The translations under genes and the position numbers were made by a program. A stretch of DNA of 64,000 nt from Strigamia acuminata (taxonomy: Eukaryota). Numbering within the stretch: the stretch's first letter is position 1; each line of letters opens with the position of its first letter. The notes under the pieces were generated by a model. It was not told where the DNA came from. It saw nothing but the letters and a program-made list of their open reading frames with translations, and did not search any database. Of this stretch, positions 1 through 12,300 are shown piece by piece. The stretch covers positions 13,454,001 through 13,518,000 of the forward strand of contig OX442314.1 of NCBI GenBank assembly GCA_949358305.1, read 5' to 3'.

Positions 1-44
1 TGCTTCTGTTACTTCTACTACAGGAACGCCTCTGTACCAATAAA

Positions 45-198
45 CAGGGGTTGACAAATACCAGACGCCCAGTTACCATGGCACCTGAAAATTTATACTT
101 GGCACCTGAATTTCTTAGCCTGTATTTGCAAAATAGATATGTTGGCTCCTGGGAAAAAGGGCTGGCTCGTATGTTGTTTTTAGTTTCGTTGACCCCTG
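45..198. mobile_element. hAT-type MITE
   Basis: Termini CAGGGGTTGAC...GTTGACCCCTG; flanks CCAATAAA (37-44) and CCGATAAA (199-206) form an 8-bp TSD with one mismatch; related copy at 868-980. Confidence 0.75.
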
Positions 199-247
199 CC
201 GATAAATACAGCAGTACTTTTCTGTATCCCAACTATTTACAGCAGTA

Positions 248-547
248 CTGTCGGGTCATAAAAATCGCCCCAGTACAGCTTAAAGCTCACCTGCAGAATG
301 AGCGTTTATGGTTGTATCCACCTGGTAGTGCAAAAACTTACTGATATGTTGTGACAAATTGACATTTACATGATGTCACTCAAACACCTGCACATTATGG
401 GTTTAGATGATTGTGTGACATCATTTAAATGTCAATTTGTCACAACATGTCAGTGAGTTTCTGCACTACCTGGTGGATATAGCCAAAAACACTCATTCTG
501 CAGGTGAGCTTCAAGCTGGACTGGGATGATTTTTATGACCACGACTG
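248..547. mobile_element. Foldback MITE, Tc1/mariner-like
   Basis: Two ~130-bp imperfect inverted arms (about 248-379 and 415-547); TA on both sides; the right end reads CAGTCGTGGTCATAAAAAT on the minus strand. Confidence 0.75.
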
Positions 548-867
548 TAGAGCACATTCAGGCATTTCAGACATTTCTGGCCGCCAGACATTCCTAGACT
601 TAATTAAGAACTTAATTAGTCAGTTGCAACTCAATTCCTGAGGCCGATGTTAAATCGTGCTATTTTTCATAGATGTTTTCATTCTGCTCCTGCCCCTGCA
701 TCATGCAAAGTTTTCATGTTCCTTTATGATTTGTTCAGTTTTGACAATCAACATTATTTTTGCTTCTGAAATGCCGCCTCTTAGTTTATCCTCCAGGTTT
801 CACAAGTTTGCGGCAGGCATTTCTTCAGTTATAGTGTTAATTATAAATTTTCCGCCGTATTTATAGG

Positions 868-980
868 CAGGGGTAGACAAATAGAGGGCACCTGATCGCC
901 ACAGAGCCTGAATTTATTAGTCCATATTTGCAAAATAGATATGCTGGCTCCTGATTTATTTTCAGTTTTATCTACCCCTG
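868..980. mobile_element. hAT-type MITE, same family as 45-198
   Basis: CAGGGGTAGA...TCTACCCCTG termini; shares the internal block tatttgcaaaatagatatg.tggctcctg with 45-198. Confidence 0.7.
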
Positions 981-2288
981 TTAATAAGACAATGGATTTT
1001 TAATAACAGAAAACTACCTACCGCAAACACTGTCATGTCTAATTTCCAATTATAAAAATTGTAAATTTAACATAAAAAAAAACACTTTATTGTAAAATTC
1101 CATGCATTATGAAAGCTCAGTTTAGTTGTCATGGATAGCAGTACTTATTATTAGACAAGACTCAATATTGGCATCACCCATGGAAAACCTCTATAGACTA
1201 ATGAAAAAATTAAATCTAGAAATTTAATTTGGGTTTCGCAGAAAATACATAAAATTTTCCCAATCCAATTACTTCCCTTTCAATACAAGACATTAAAAAA
1301 ATATAAAAACTCCAAAAACCAAAACATTAAAATAACAAAATAAAAAAAAATAAAAATCCTACATCACTTTAATGCGAAATGTTGCTGAACTTCCGCCCAA
1401 ACTCAAACTTAAATAAAGTCAGCAAATACTACGATAACACACTCGGATGTAATGAACTGGAAATATAATACAGCAAGAAACCTTCCGCCGAAATTGCAAA
1501 CAGCACATACGGTCAATCTAAAGGAAGCAAATGCAAATGCCAACCTCCTGCGCCCACGACTTGCAATTCTCCAATTCCCAAGCATGTGTAATCTATTCGC
1601 TCGGGACTATCTAAACCTACAGACGTCAGGTAGTGTTTCGTTCATTTAAATTAATCACTCGCGCTTTATCGTAGGGAAAATGAGTCGCATTACCCGAGAA
1701 AATCTACATTAACACATACTTTCGTGAAACAATGTAGTTTCCACAATTAACACAATGGAGGATAACTTAGCAACTTGGAAACATAACAGTTGGCTTTTCA
1801 GTTTCACTAATTACATAAAACTTCATTTATGGTATGTAACATACAAATACATATAAATTTACAATATGTAAAAATCCACACAAGGATAATTATCTAATGG
1901 AGTGGAAAGCAAATGCTGCAGTAGACATTGGTTAGTTTGGCATTTTTGCCACTTTCATTAAAATTCAGCTTTAAAGGGTAATGTGCATGTGTCACCGTCG
2001 ATCTAAGTACTATGATTGGTTGGTACAATAAAGGCGGCACAATTTTTGATGGGTTCACCAAGATCCCTAATCACTTGTCAAACGAGTAGAGACGTTACGT
2101 GACAAATGGGAAGAGGAAAGAGGAATTGTCTTGTGGTTCTCGTTGAATATTTTCTGCGTACAATTTTGTACCGGAAACATGTAATTACAGAGTCTTCCCT
2201 TATAATTATGCTCAGTTTTATGTTATAAGCAGTGTAATAGAAAGGGGCATAATTCTAATTTGCGACAGTTTTCGACTACACTTATAGG

Positions 2289-2494
2289 AATAGCGTCGAT
2301 TATCCGAACTAATTGGGAGGCATAGATGCTCGTAAAACCGATTTGTTCGCACAATCAGACATTAGGTTTATGGACATATTGTACCGTATATGAAGTTAAA
2401 AAAATCTATTAAAAAAATCGGTAAAAATATCTATACAAAATTGTCAGATAACCAATTGTTCGCATAACCGACATTCAGATAATCGACTCTACTG
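2289..2494. mobile_element. pogo/Tigger-like MITE
   Basis: gtcgattatccgaa...ttcagataatcgactctactg followed by TA; same family as 50529-50703. Confidence 0.6.
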
Positions 2495-2854
2495 TACTAA
2501 GGGTTTTCAAAATGGAAAAGTACCAGCCACAAACTGTGTGGCAATACAACGTCCTTGCATCACATTTCACACATTTCAATAGGTGAATTCAATTGCAAGA
2601 AAGTATGTCACTTATTCTCCATAAATGCTTTATGACTTACAAGTGTCATGCTTCACGTGTCACTTCAGAAGGCACCAAACTTTATCTTCCTTGTAGAAGT
2701 GACTTCTGCATTGCGCTTTGTGCAGTTTGTTTTATTTAGTTATTAGTTATACTGTGGAAATTTTGGAAATTATCCGAAGTCAAATTAATGCATTCATTCG
2801 TAAGCGATTTATGGAAAAGGAAAAAAGAATAAGTAGCACATTCATAAAGTATTA

Positions 2855-3010
2855 CACTCGAAACTCCTTATAACGAATCGCGATGTAACGAATTTCTCGT
2901 AGTAACAAAATAGGTAACAATAGCCTATTTGGTTTGTTGGCCATAGAACAACATGTTAAAAAAAATTCGTTATAACAAACTATCGTTATAACGAACCGGA
3001 GTTTCGACTG
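2855..3010. mobile_element. pogo/Tigger-like MITE
   Basis: TA-CACTCGAAACTCC...GGAGTTTCGACTG-TA inverted termini; internal repeated ttataacga motifs. Confidence 0.65.
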
Positions 3011-3354
3011 TATAGACTAAACAGCATTTTAAACAACATATTTAAATTGCTTTTTAAACTGCTCGTCTCGACTCTCAATCTAACTTAAAAAACGGCGACC
3101 GATTTAGCCTGTTTAGAGTCGCACTGAGCATGCGCACGACGTTTAAACAACAAAACATGTTTAACTGCGAGCTAAATGTGCATTTGTGACCGACTTCTCC
3201 TTTAATAAATTGAACACACCTATTTTTTTGCAAGAAATAAAAAACAACCAAATACAAAGTAAGATGTAGAGTAACAACAACACCAACAAAAACAAACTAG
3301 TAAATGTGTCCAAAACCTAATTCTACAAGATCCTCATCACAAAAACCACTTTAC

Positions 3355-6300
3355 CTTGTTCTGATCCGTCCAGTAGAGAAAAAATCCCTTTTTATCAACG
3401 CGTAGTGTCACTGCTGTGCCAGAAGTAGAATCCTAGACAAAAAAAAAGAAGAAAAAAAAAGGTTAAAACTTTAGCCTTGAATTCATCTTTAAACTCACGT
3501 CTCACAACTTTACAATGCACTGCATGCACAAGAGAAAACCATTTTATATTCCAAGGACTCTCCATCTTACTTCAAGCTACACAGACCAAATTAACCCTTT
3601 TTCAGCAGCAGCAGCTGTTTGTATTAAGTAAAATGGTCAAACTGGTAAACAACAATTACCTAACATGTAAATGAAATAACTCCCCACTTCTTCATCAAAA
3701 TGAATATTAACTTGAATAAAAATTAAATAAACAAACAGCCGGCTTTCAATTAATCACCATAAACATCCTATAAAATTTAAGCTCACAAATTCGCCTTTAA
3801 TTGAATCTTAAATTCCATTTAGTTGCAACCATTTGTCCTTTCTGTAACACTCATTGAAACAAATAAAAACTCAATTTTCCAGGAAAACAAATTGCATTTT
3901 CTCTTGGTGTCTCAACTTGCCCTATAAAAAGATTTATTTCTTAAAAAAAAAAAAAAAAACAATCTTTCAACACCATAACCAGACCATATTTTTGACACGT
4001 GATAACCTTATCCACATGGCAGCAAAAAAATAATATTATCTAATGTATTAAATAGATATCCGCATTTAAACCAACAAAAGGAGCATTTTTCCTTACATCA
4101 ATGGCAGATTTTTGCAATATATTGCTTTGATTCTGCGATAGTTTGCTTTTGCAATACGTCCAGATGTCTATTGACAGGAGAAAAGTATCTTGAGTCACAT
4201 TTTCTATTTACAAGAGTTTTTCCAGACACAATAAGAATCTTTGGCCACATTAGGATAACTTATGATGTCATGCTCTGTGCCAATGTTTGGTAACATTATT
4301 ATTAGACCCCGGATATATATGCAAATTAAATTTCGTTATATGTTTTGATGTTTTTGTCTTATCGACGTTTATGTTGCTAACAGTTTGCAGTAAACTTTTT
4401 CCCGAGTTCAGCAATTTTGCTTCTTCGACATGTCCTCCACATCCCTGTCATACAGCCGATAAGTTAGAATGCCATGTTATTTTCTCCTTGCTGCAGACAT
4501 CTATTAGTTATATCGCATCCATATTTATCTTCATCATACCTATAAATTCGTCTCTGCATGTGATAACCTTCAAACCCCTTAACTTTCCTTCTTGATTAAT
4601 GGAAAACATTCTTGGCAAATCCTTTAGCGGTAATTTATCATGCAACGAATCTCCACAAATAAAAAAATGACATCATTGCTATTACCAAATGTAATTTCAA
4701 TTTAGGTTTTCCAAAATCTTTCATCACAAGACAAAAAAAAATTGATCAGATAAATAAAAGAAAAAAATTTTTGAGAGATAAAAAGCGCCTTTAACGGTTA
4801 ATTGATTTATTCCTTCAATTATTATTGGTTTTGTAATAAAAAAAAATCAAATTGACTATATCCATCCACTTCCTTCTTTTCTCAAAACCACAGCACGGTT
4901 GAAGGGAAAGAAAAGAATCCAGTTTGACACCATCTCATCTTAGCCGAAGAATAATATTGACATGGGAAAATGAACTCCCTTTAGTGACCATGGGTTTAAA
5001 ATGATGTGTAAGAAATTGTGAAATGAAAATCTGAGCTTGAGCCTTGAAAATACCCTTGATCTAAAATAAAATTCGTTTGTATTACTTGGAATTGGGCCAT
5101 CATCACATTACCTCCTGCCAGTGAAACTGATCAATAGGTCAGTTGGCCTTCGACGCGAATGAAAATAAAAATCGCACCTAGCAATTGCATCGGTAATAAT
5201 GCGGAAATCCTGCGTGAACACCGACATTCCTGATTGAATCCGCCGACTTTTCTCACAATTGTCAAAATAGCTGGCTTCACATTCAAGTTCAATGAAGCAA
5301 ATGGATCAACGAGTTATACTCTGATAGAACGGTGCTATTTTAAGTCCAACGACAAGTGAATGGGAAGCAATAATGACGCTCCGCTTAATAGAACCCGTTA
5401 ACGGTCAGCGCTAAGCTGCAAGAATGGCTTCGTGATAGCCGAAGAGAAGAATACAAAGATCCGACCTAAATGAACTAACTGCTCCAATGAGTTTTGCCAA
5501 GTCGGTTATGGCTGTTTTCCATGTGCAAAACAATTCGCTACTGGGCTAAATGCCCATTCAAAGTGGCATCCTTTACAACGCGGGTCTAAATTGAACAAAA
5601 CAACTAAAATTAATGTCTAAATTGAACAAAACTGCTAAAATAAATGTCTAACTTGAACAAAACGACTAAAATAAATGTCTAAATTGAACAAAACGACTAA
5701 AATAAATGTCTAAATTGAACAAAACGACTAAAATAAATGTCTAAATTGAACAAAACGACTAAAATAAATGTCTAAATTGAACAAAACGACTAAAAAGTCT
5801 AAATTGAACAAAACGACTAAAATAAATGTCTAAATTGAACAAAACTGCTAAAATAAATGTCTAAATTGATCAAAAGCACCAAAAAAAAAATTGCAGGAAA
5901 AACCGCCGCGTTCTATTAGAGCATTTGCCATAAAAACCTAACTGCTATTTGACTAGTGCAAGAGAAAAAATTGCATGTTTGTCTGCGCAAATGGCCTGAC
6001 GGCATTGAAAAAAAAACCTTTTAAAGATTTTTTTTTTTCATTCTAAAAAAATGTCTCATTTTGCAAAACATTTTTTTTCCAGTCACTGGCAAAAAACATG
6101 TTGATGGCTCACTCAAAAAATGTCTATTTCTGAATTTAAACATCTTTGTTTTATTTTTTCCTTCAAACAATTGAGTTGTTTGTTTTCCCAAATCCAACAA
6201 ATTAATTTATACGATTATAACGTTGATTTAAAACTTCAGAACGAGCAACTTAATTGTTTTTGAATATTCCCTTACAAAAGACTGTTTACATTATTCAGAA

Positions 6301-9300
6301 TAGAAAATGCAACATTTTAAATATGTCCGAACAACAGTTTCAATCCCATATATTTCCTGTTAAGCTCCGCATTTGTTAACCGTTATTGTCGTTATTTATT
6401 GCCACCGAAGTTGAACACAGAACATACAAAGTAGCCATATTTCTCTCCTCCTTTTTTTATTAAAAAAAAAAAATATTAAAAAAAAAATTAATTCAAGTTT
6501 TCACCTTTCCCAAACGTTGACATCCACCCACCGATCAGATTTCCTGTCACATATAAATTACACGCCATTTTTTCCCGCGATATTAAATTCTAGTGACGCC
6601 ATCAAATGGATCTAATTCCGTCGAGTTTATCCATTAAAGCTTATACAACGTCGATACACAATTAACAAGCTGCAAACCCCTCCAAGGAACCAAAACTCAT
6701 TTTCGTTTCGCGATTTGCAAAAGATAATTTTTAAGCTCAAAACACAAGCGGCATGTTATTAAAAATAAAAATTTTTAATTGCCTCATTTTCGTACAGCTT
6801 TAAAGCCGAATGTTCATTTAATCACTTCAATTATTCAATTCGCCACGAAAAACACCGCGTCATTTTTTTCCCCCTTCTTTTCTTGCTCATTACTTTTTAT
6901 TCCCTTTCAATTTCTCCAACGAGATGTGGATGTGGAACACATTTCCATCTGAAGGTAATTTCCGCATTTCGCACTAACTACCTGATCACCGTCGAAAATA
7001 CATTCAATAAAACTCGTTCCCGACTCCATTTTATACATTTTAATTCATTTCTTATCGCACAAAAAGTCACGAGTAATTTTTCAACAACGAAATTGCCCTC
7101 AACGTTGAGTGCCACGTTTGTTTCTCTCTCTCTAATCAACATTTGCACTTCTCCTTAATTGTTCGCAAAATCTCGCTCACCCAGTCGCAACTTGCGAGCC
7201 CTACAGTGAAGCAAACTCCGAATTCTGTTTCTACACCCCCACATGGACACGCACGCGTGCGCACGGATTTATGCCTCGCACTAAACGTGCATTAGGGAGT
7301 CATTACGAGGCAAAACAAAAATTGGCCAGATAAAAAGAAAACTCGAACCTGCAAACTTATCTGTCCAATATCTAATAATAAGTGCAGCATCCCCACAGCT
7401 CAAGTACTTGTTCTGGCACATAGCCAAGCTTGTGGCACCTCCTTCCTCCTCTATACACCAAGAACCTGTCGTAAGTCAAGAATAACCGGCTGGGTACTTT
7501 CAGATCTCATATCCCATTGTATAAAGCCGGTTTTACGTCTCTCCGAAATAGACTTCTCTCCCTATTCTATTTTTCTTTACTGTTTTCTTTACTTTTGATG
7601 CTTAAAATAATGTGTACTCTTACTGTTGTGAATGCACCTTCTCTTTACACGTCTCATTAGTGCTCAGGAATCCCTCGCATTACGCGATTAAATTGTTTGA
7701 GAAATCGTGTCAAATGAATTGACATTTACAGAGGTAAATAGGGATGTATTCAAAAATTAATAATTACTGCTAAAATTAGAAAAGTAATGGATTTAATTAA
7801 TTAACACATTGAAACTGTAATTACATAATTGATTACCGTAAATGCTCTGATAGAGGATGCTCATTAAACGCCGTATCCTTTACAACGCAAGTCTAAATTG
7901 ACCAAAACGACTAAATTCAATATCTAAATTGACCGTAAAGAAGAGATGTCTAAATTGATCAAAAACACCACAATAAATGTCTAAATTGACCAAACCGATT
8001 GAATTTAATATCTTAATTGGGCTGTGGATACTGTATTAAATTATTTTTTAAATCGCATTATAGAAAAAAACAAGTTCAAAATAGTTAAAAGTAAAAACAA
8101 TTTTAACTCAAATAAAATGAATCTTCTAACTTTTGTTTCTTTCAGTTAGTTTTGCAAATAGAGCAGAAGCAGTGGGCATTTACGTCATTTTGCTTGGGGA
8201 GCGATAATTTAGAGTTACACCACTGGTCTATTGACAGGAGAAAATGCTTTGGTTCAAAATGCCTATTGACAAATAAAAAGTGTCCTTGTTCACATTTTCT
8301 GCTTGCAAGGGAGTTTTCTCAGACGTAAAAGCTGGATTGCCAAATTTAGGATAGTTTAGGTTAGGTTAGAATGCCATGTTATTTTTTTACTGAAATTCTG
8401 CCATGAGAAAAATCAAGAAGTAAGAAAAGACTAAAAGGGACTTAAATTGTGACTTATGTCAAAGTACTTATAAAAGTAATGACCTAAAAAAAAGTCATTT
8501 CCTCTTGCCTAAAGACACTTAGGAGGGAAAGAAAGAATTCACTTTAGGGAACGTCGCTTGAATGGCTCGATGAATCTTTATGTATTCTTTATGTATCTAA
8601 TCATAAATCCTCCAATAGAGTGCGGAGATTGAAATAACAGAAACAAACTTTTCGTGTTTAACCGAATTTCTTTTAATTTTAGCAGAGGAAAAAAATTGGA
8701 TTGTGCACTTAATGAACATGTACTCTGTCGAGGGATTTACGATGTACATAAGTCACGGATGGCAACAATTTATTTCCTTAGAAAATCACAAATATCAAGA
8801 TGAAAAATGTAGACTTTATTCATGTATCGTATTTACGCAATTAAGAGCTGTAACTTATTCCAATCGCCGTTTATCGTTATAAGTTACAACATAAAGCATT
8901 AAGTCAATTTACATCATTTCAAACACCTAAAATAATCAAACTAATTAAAATCACAACAAACCTACTTTTCCTGGTAAAATTATACAGGCAACAGTTAGGA
9001 GTGAATAGGCTCGGCCAATAGGAACTGCTGAGCTTCTAACGGTGAGCAAGAGTATAGACGTACAATTTTTTCAAATGTTCTTGGTCAACTGAAGCCATAT
9101 TGGTTATATTGCCTTAAGGGTATCCCTTCATATAAAGTGATTTAAAAGGTATGTTCTATCTTTACTGTGGATATAAGTTATGTCATCGTCCTCAATAACC
9201 TCTTTCAAAAAAGTTATGCCGGGGGCTTTAATTGTGCGGTTGGAAAAATCCCACAATGTATCGCATAAATCTTTGGGTGATAGTTGCGACACATTAGGCT

Positions 9301-12300
9301 TGCAATTGGAAATTATAATCAAAACCCTAAAGCAGCAAGATATTTAGTTTCTCTCCATGCCAATTGCCAATGCATCATGAACAGGAAATAATAAAACTTT
9401 ATAAATGTCAAACCGGGACTTAACCACAGATAAGTTATACCTCTAACTGTTTGGCACAACATTACAAACACTACGTGGCAACTTGTCGTCGGTAATACTT
9501 TGATATAATATTGAAATTAATTTTATCAACGTGTGTAAATTTCGATAGTGCAATAAATTTTGCTCCAAACTAGATTTACTGATCTTTTCCAACGAGCTGT
9601 ACAACATGGCGAGATTGCCATCCATCAATAATGCATTCAAAACTGAAAACAAAAGTCACTTCTCCCTATTTACTGAGATTGGTGGCCAGTCTAACAACGT
9701 CATAAAACCTTTGATTTTGTTTAATACGGGCCGGCAAAACTAATGATTGGTATTGATTTGAAATTTTCTCAGTCGCAGTGCCCAATAGTTATTGGTTTAT
9801 TTCAAAAGCAGGATGAAACCAATCAAATCTCTTTGCCCATTCAACCCAACGCCCAACGAATGGGCTATCCGATCCATTCATCAGTTTTACCGACCCATTC
9901 ATTGATTTGGGGCATGACACAAAGTTTCCCTCAAAGATAAATGTTAAGAAATCATTGGAAAGAAGGTGAACCCAATGAAAACAAATGTCTTACCCATTGG
10001 AGTACAATCCAGTTCAATCATACTGTATTATGCCGCTTTAAGCCGCATGCCGTTAGACATGAGTTTACCAGGTTTTTGGAATTTGAGTCAAACAGTTTAT
10101 ACCGGCATGCCGGCGTGACTGGTATCAGTGAAAAAGCTGGTTTTTTTGTTTTTTTACTTAAAAGAGCCCAGATGAATAATTATGTTGAAATTTGGGCCGA
10201 AAATTTAAGTTTTCTAAAGATTATTACTAAAATCTTGGTAAATTTATAGAAATTTAGGCCAATTTTCTACATTTTGGACATCTAAAAATGTTTGTTTAGG
10301 CTCAATTCTTATTGAAAAAAATTTACATTTACTTACATCGGCATGCCTGCAAAGCGTGATAATATACAGTATAGTAATACATAGTAACTTTTGTTTGAGA
10401 GGGGCAACTTAATGAAGGTAAAAAGGCGAAGTGCATGCAGACAGAAAAATAGAAAAATATCTTCTCGAGTCACTATGCAGTCCCACTCAGACTTAGTGCA
10501 TTTCTGCCAGAATAACTTAATACAATCCCAAAGTGAGAAAAGGAACCCATCTCATTTCTTTTATATAAGAATCTTAAAGCTGAGTATTTTTAAAAGTGAT
10601 GTGAAAATGTCATATTCGGCAGCCAAATGAAGCACTCAAAAGAGAGCTCTCATTTTGAGGCTCAGACTGAATGCACCTTCCAATTCCAATTGTATTTTGT
10701 TAAACTCACTTCTGAGACAAAGAAACCATGAAGAAAAATTGACCTTTGCTTTTGAGATTTGAATGCCGCACTTACACTCCACATCCAATATGTTTACTAG
10801 GTTCAAACTGCCCGTCATATCCCGCACACGCATTTAACATAGCTATTTCGACAATACACGTATCCCTTATTATGCGCGATGTCACTTTACACGTTTTCCC
10901 TATTCCGAGATTTTTTAAAAAAGACAATGTGACAATCAACGTGCAATGCGAATCCGTGTGAAACCTATTGTGCGTAACTATGCCGTGACCGTGTGCACGT
11001 ATCAACGACGCAACCACCGTGCTTGCACCCCCAATGTATCCAATTCAATCCGAAACAAATTAATGGTGCAATTCGAGAAATACCTCAATTACGGTACCAT
11101 TGCATTGCATCAAAATAATGTTTTTTTTGTATTTATTGTTGTTAAACACTTTTAGACAACTGGAATTAGGGGATCTCTGCACAGAAAGAAATGCGCAGTT
11201 TGAATTTAGCACAAATATACTGGTGGCATTAGTGTATTTTAACATTTGCGCAGTGTACGTTCACCTAAGGCCCCAGATTTCTAGGGGCCCCCATTTCAGT
11301 TGATCAATTTACCAAAAATAAAAATAAAATAAAAAAAATCGTCTGGTGCCGGTGCCCAGGTGAAAATTGTAGGTTAGATCCGACTGAAAAACCAAAATAG
11401 TCTGAAACCCGCAGCTGTTTTTCTCACATTTTACTTTAATTTGCTCTCAGAACATCCATTTGCCTTTGTTTATTCACATTGTCGCTATTCACATTTACCT
11501 GTAAAAAAAAAAGTATTGATTTTGCAGGTAGTGTTCATATTGTTAAAAATAGAAAACCACTTTATGGAAGCACTTTCATAGTGATTTGATTTGTTTACAC
11601 TTCGGTGGAACGTATTCTCTCTCACACAGCCATTCAAGCAAACACATCACAAAAAAAATTAACGAAATTCGCAAATTTAGAACTAAAATGAAAACCGCTT
11701 GTTTATTGGTTTCCTGTCGCGACATATTTACTCTTAAATTTTTAATTGCTAACGTCCAAGATTAAATAAAGTAATTACAATTCCTACTCGTGAAGGTCCT
11801 TTGAAAATTAAATATTGAACGCGTCTAAGCCAATTTTTATACATAATGCACGTACAGCCTTTTTATTAGCTCTAACAAGTTAAAATACGGCGAATAAAAC
11901 AGCAATGCTCGCCTGAATTTTTAAGAACTTGAATTTTTTACCCTTATGAATTTTTAAACATTTTACATATTTTTAGCATTTAATTTTCAATTTATTGCCA
12001 ACAAATCTTCACCTTTGATCCCATTCTCTGCTTTAATGTCGAAATATGGTTAAAATGTCGCATGGGCCGAAATTCAAATTAAATCTCGCTTGCGCGCATG
12101 GCAATACCTAAAATATATTAGCGATTACCATACATACTCGCTCGAGCACCCTGCTTAACCTTCCCATAGCCAAGACTGGTTACAACACATTGCTAGCCAT
12201 GGTTGGTCATTTTTGCCTTCTACGATTGTGCGCATCTGTGAATGTGCATAATCCTATTTTTCCAGGTGCAATCACATTTTTCCTGGCATGAACACATGTT

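Noticed and set aside
5112..5141. Possible alternative first exon of PLCB ending ...HWQE|gtaatg
   Set aside because: In-frame TGA nine codons upstream with no ATG in between.
5584..5875. 31-bp array as a CRISPR array
   Set aside because: Head-to-tail units with no spacers.
10021..10371. Possible MITE with tactgtat...atacagta ends and gcatgccg repeats
   Set aside because: Inverted ends too short and no convincing TSD.
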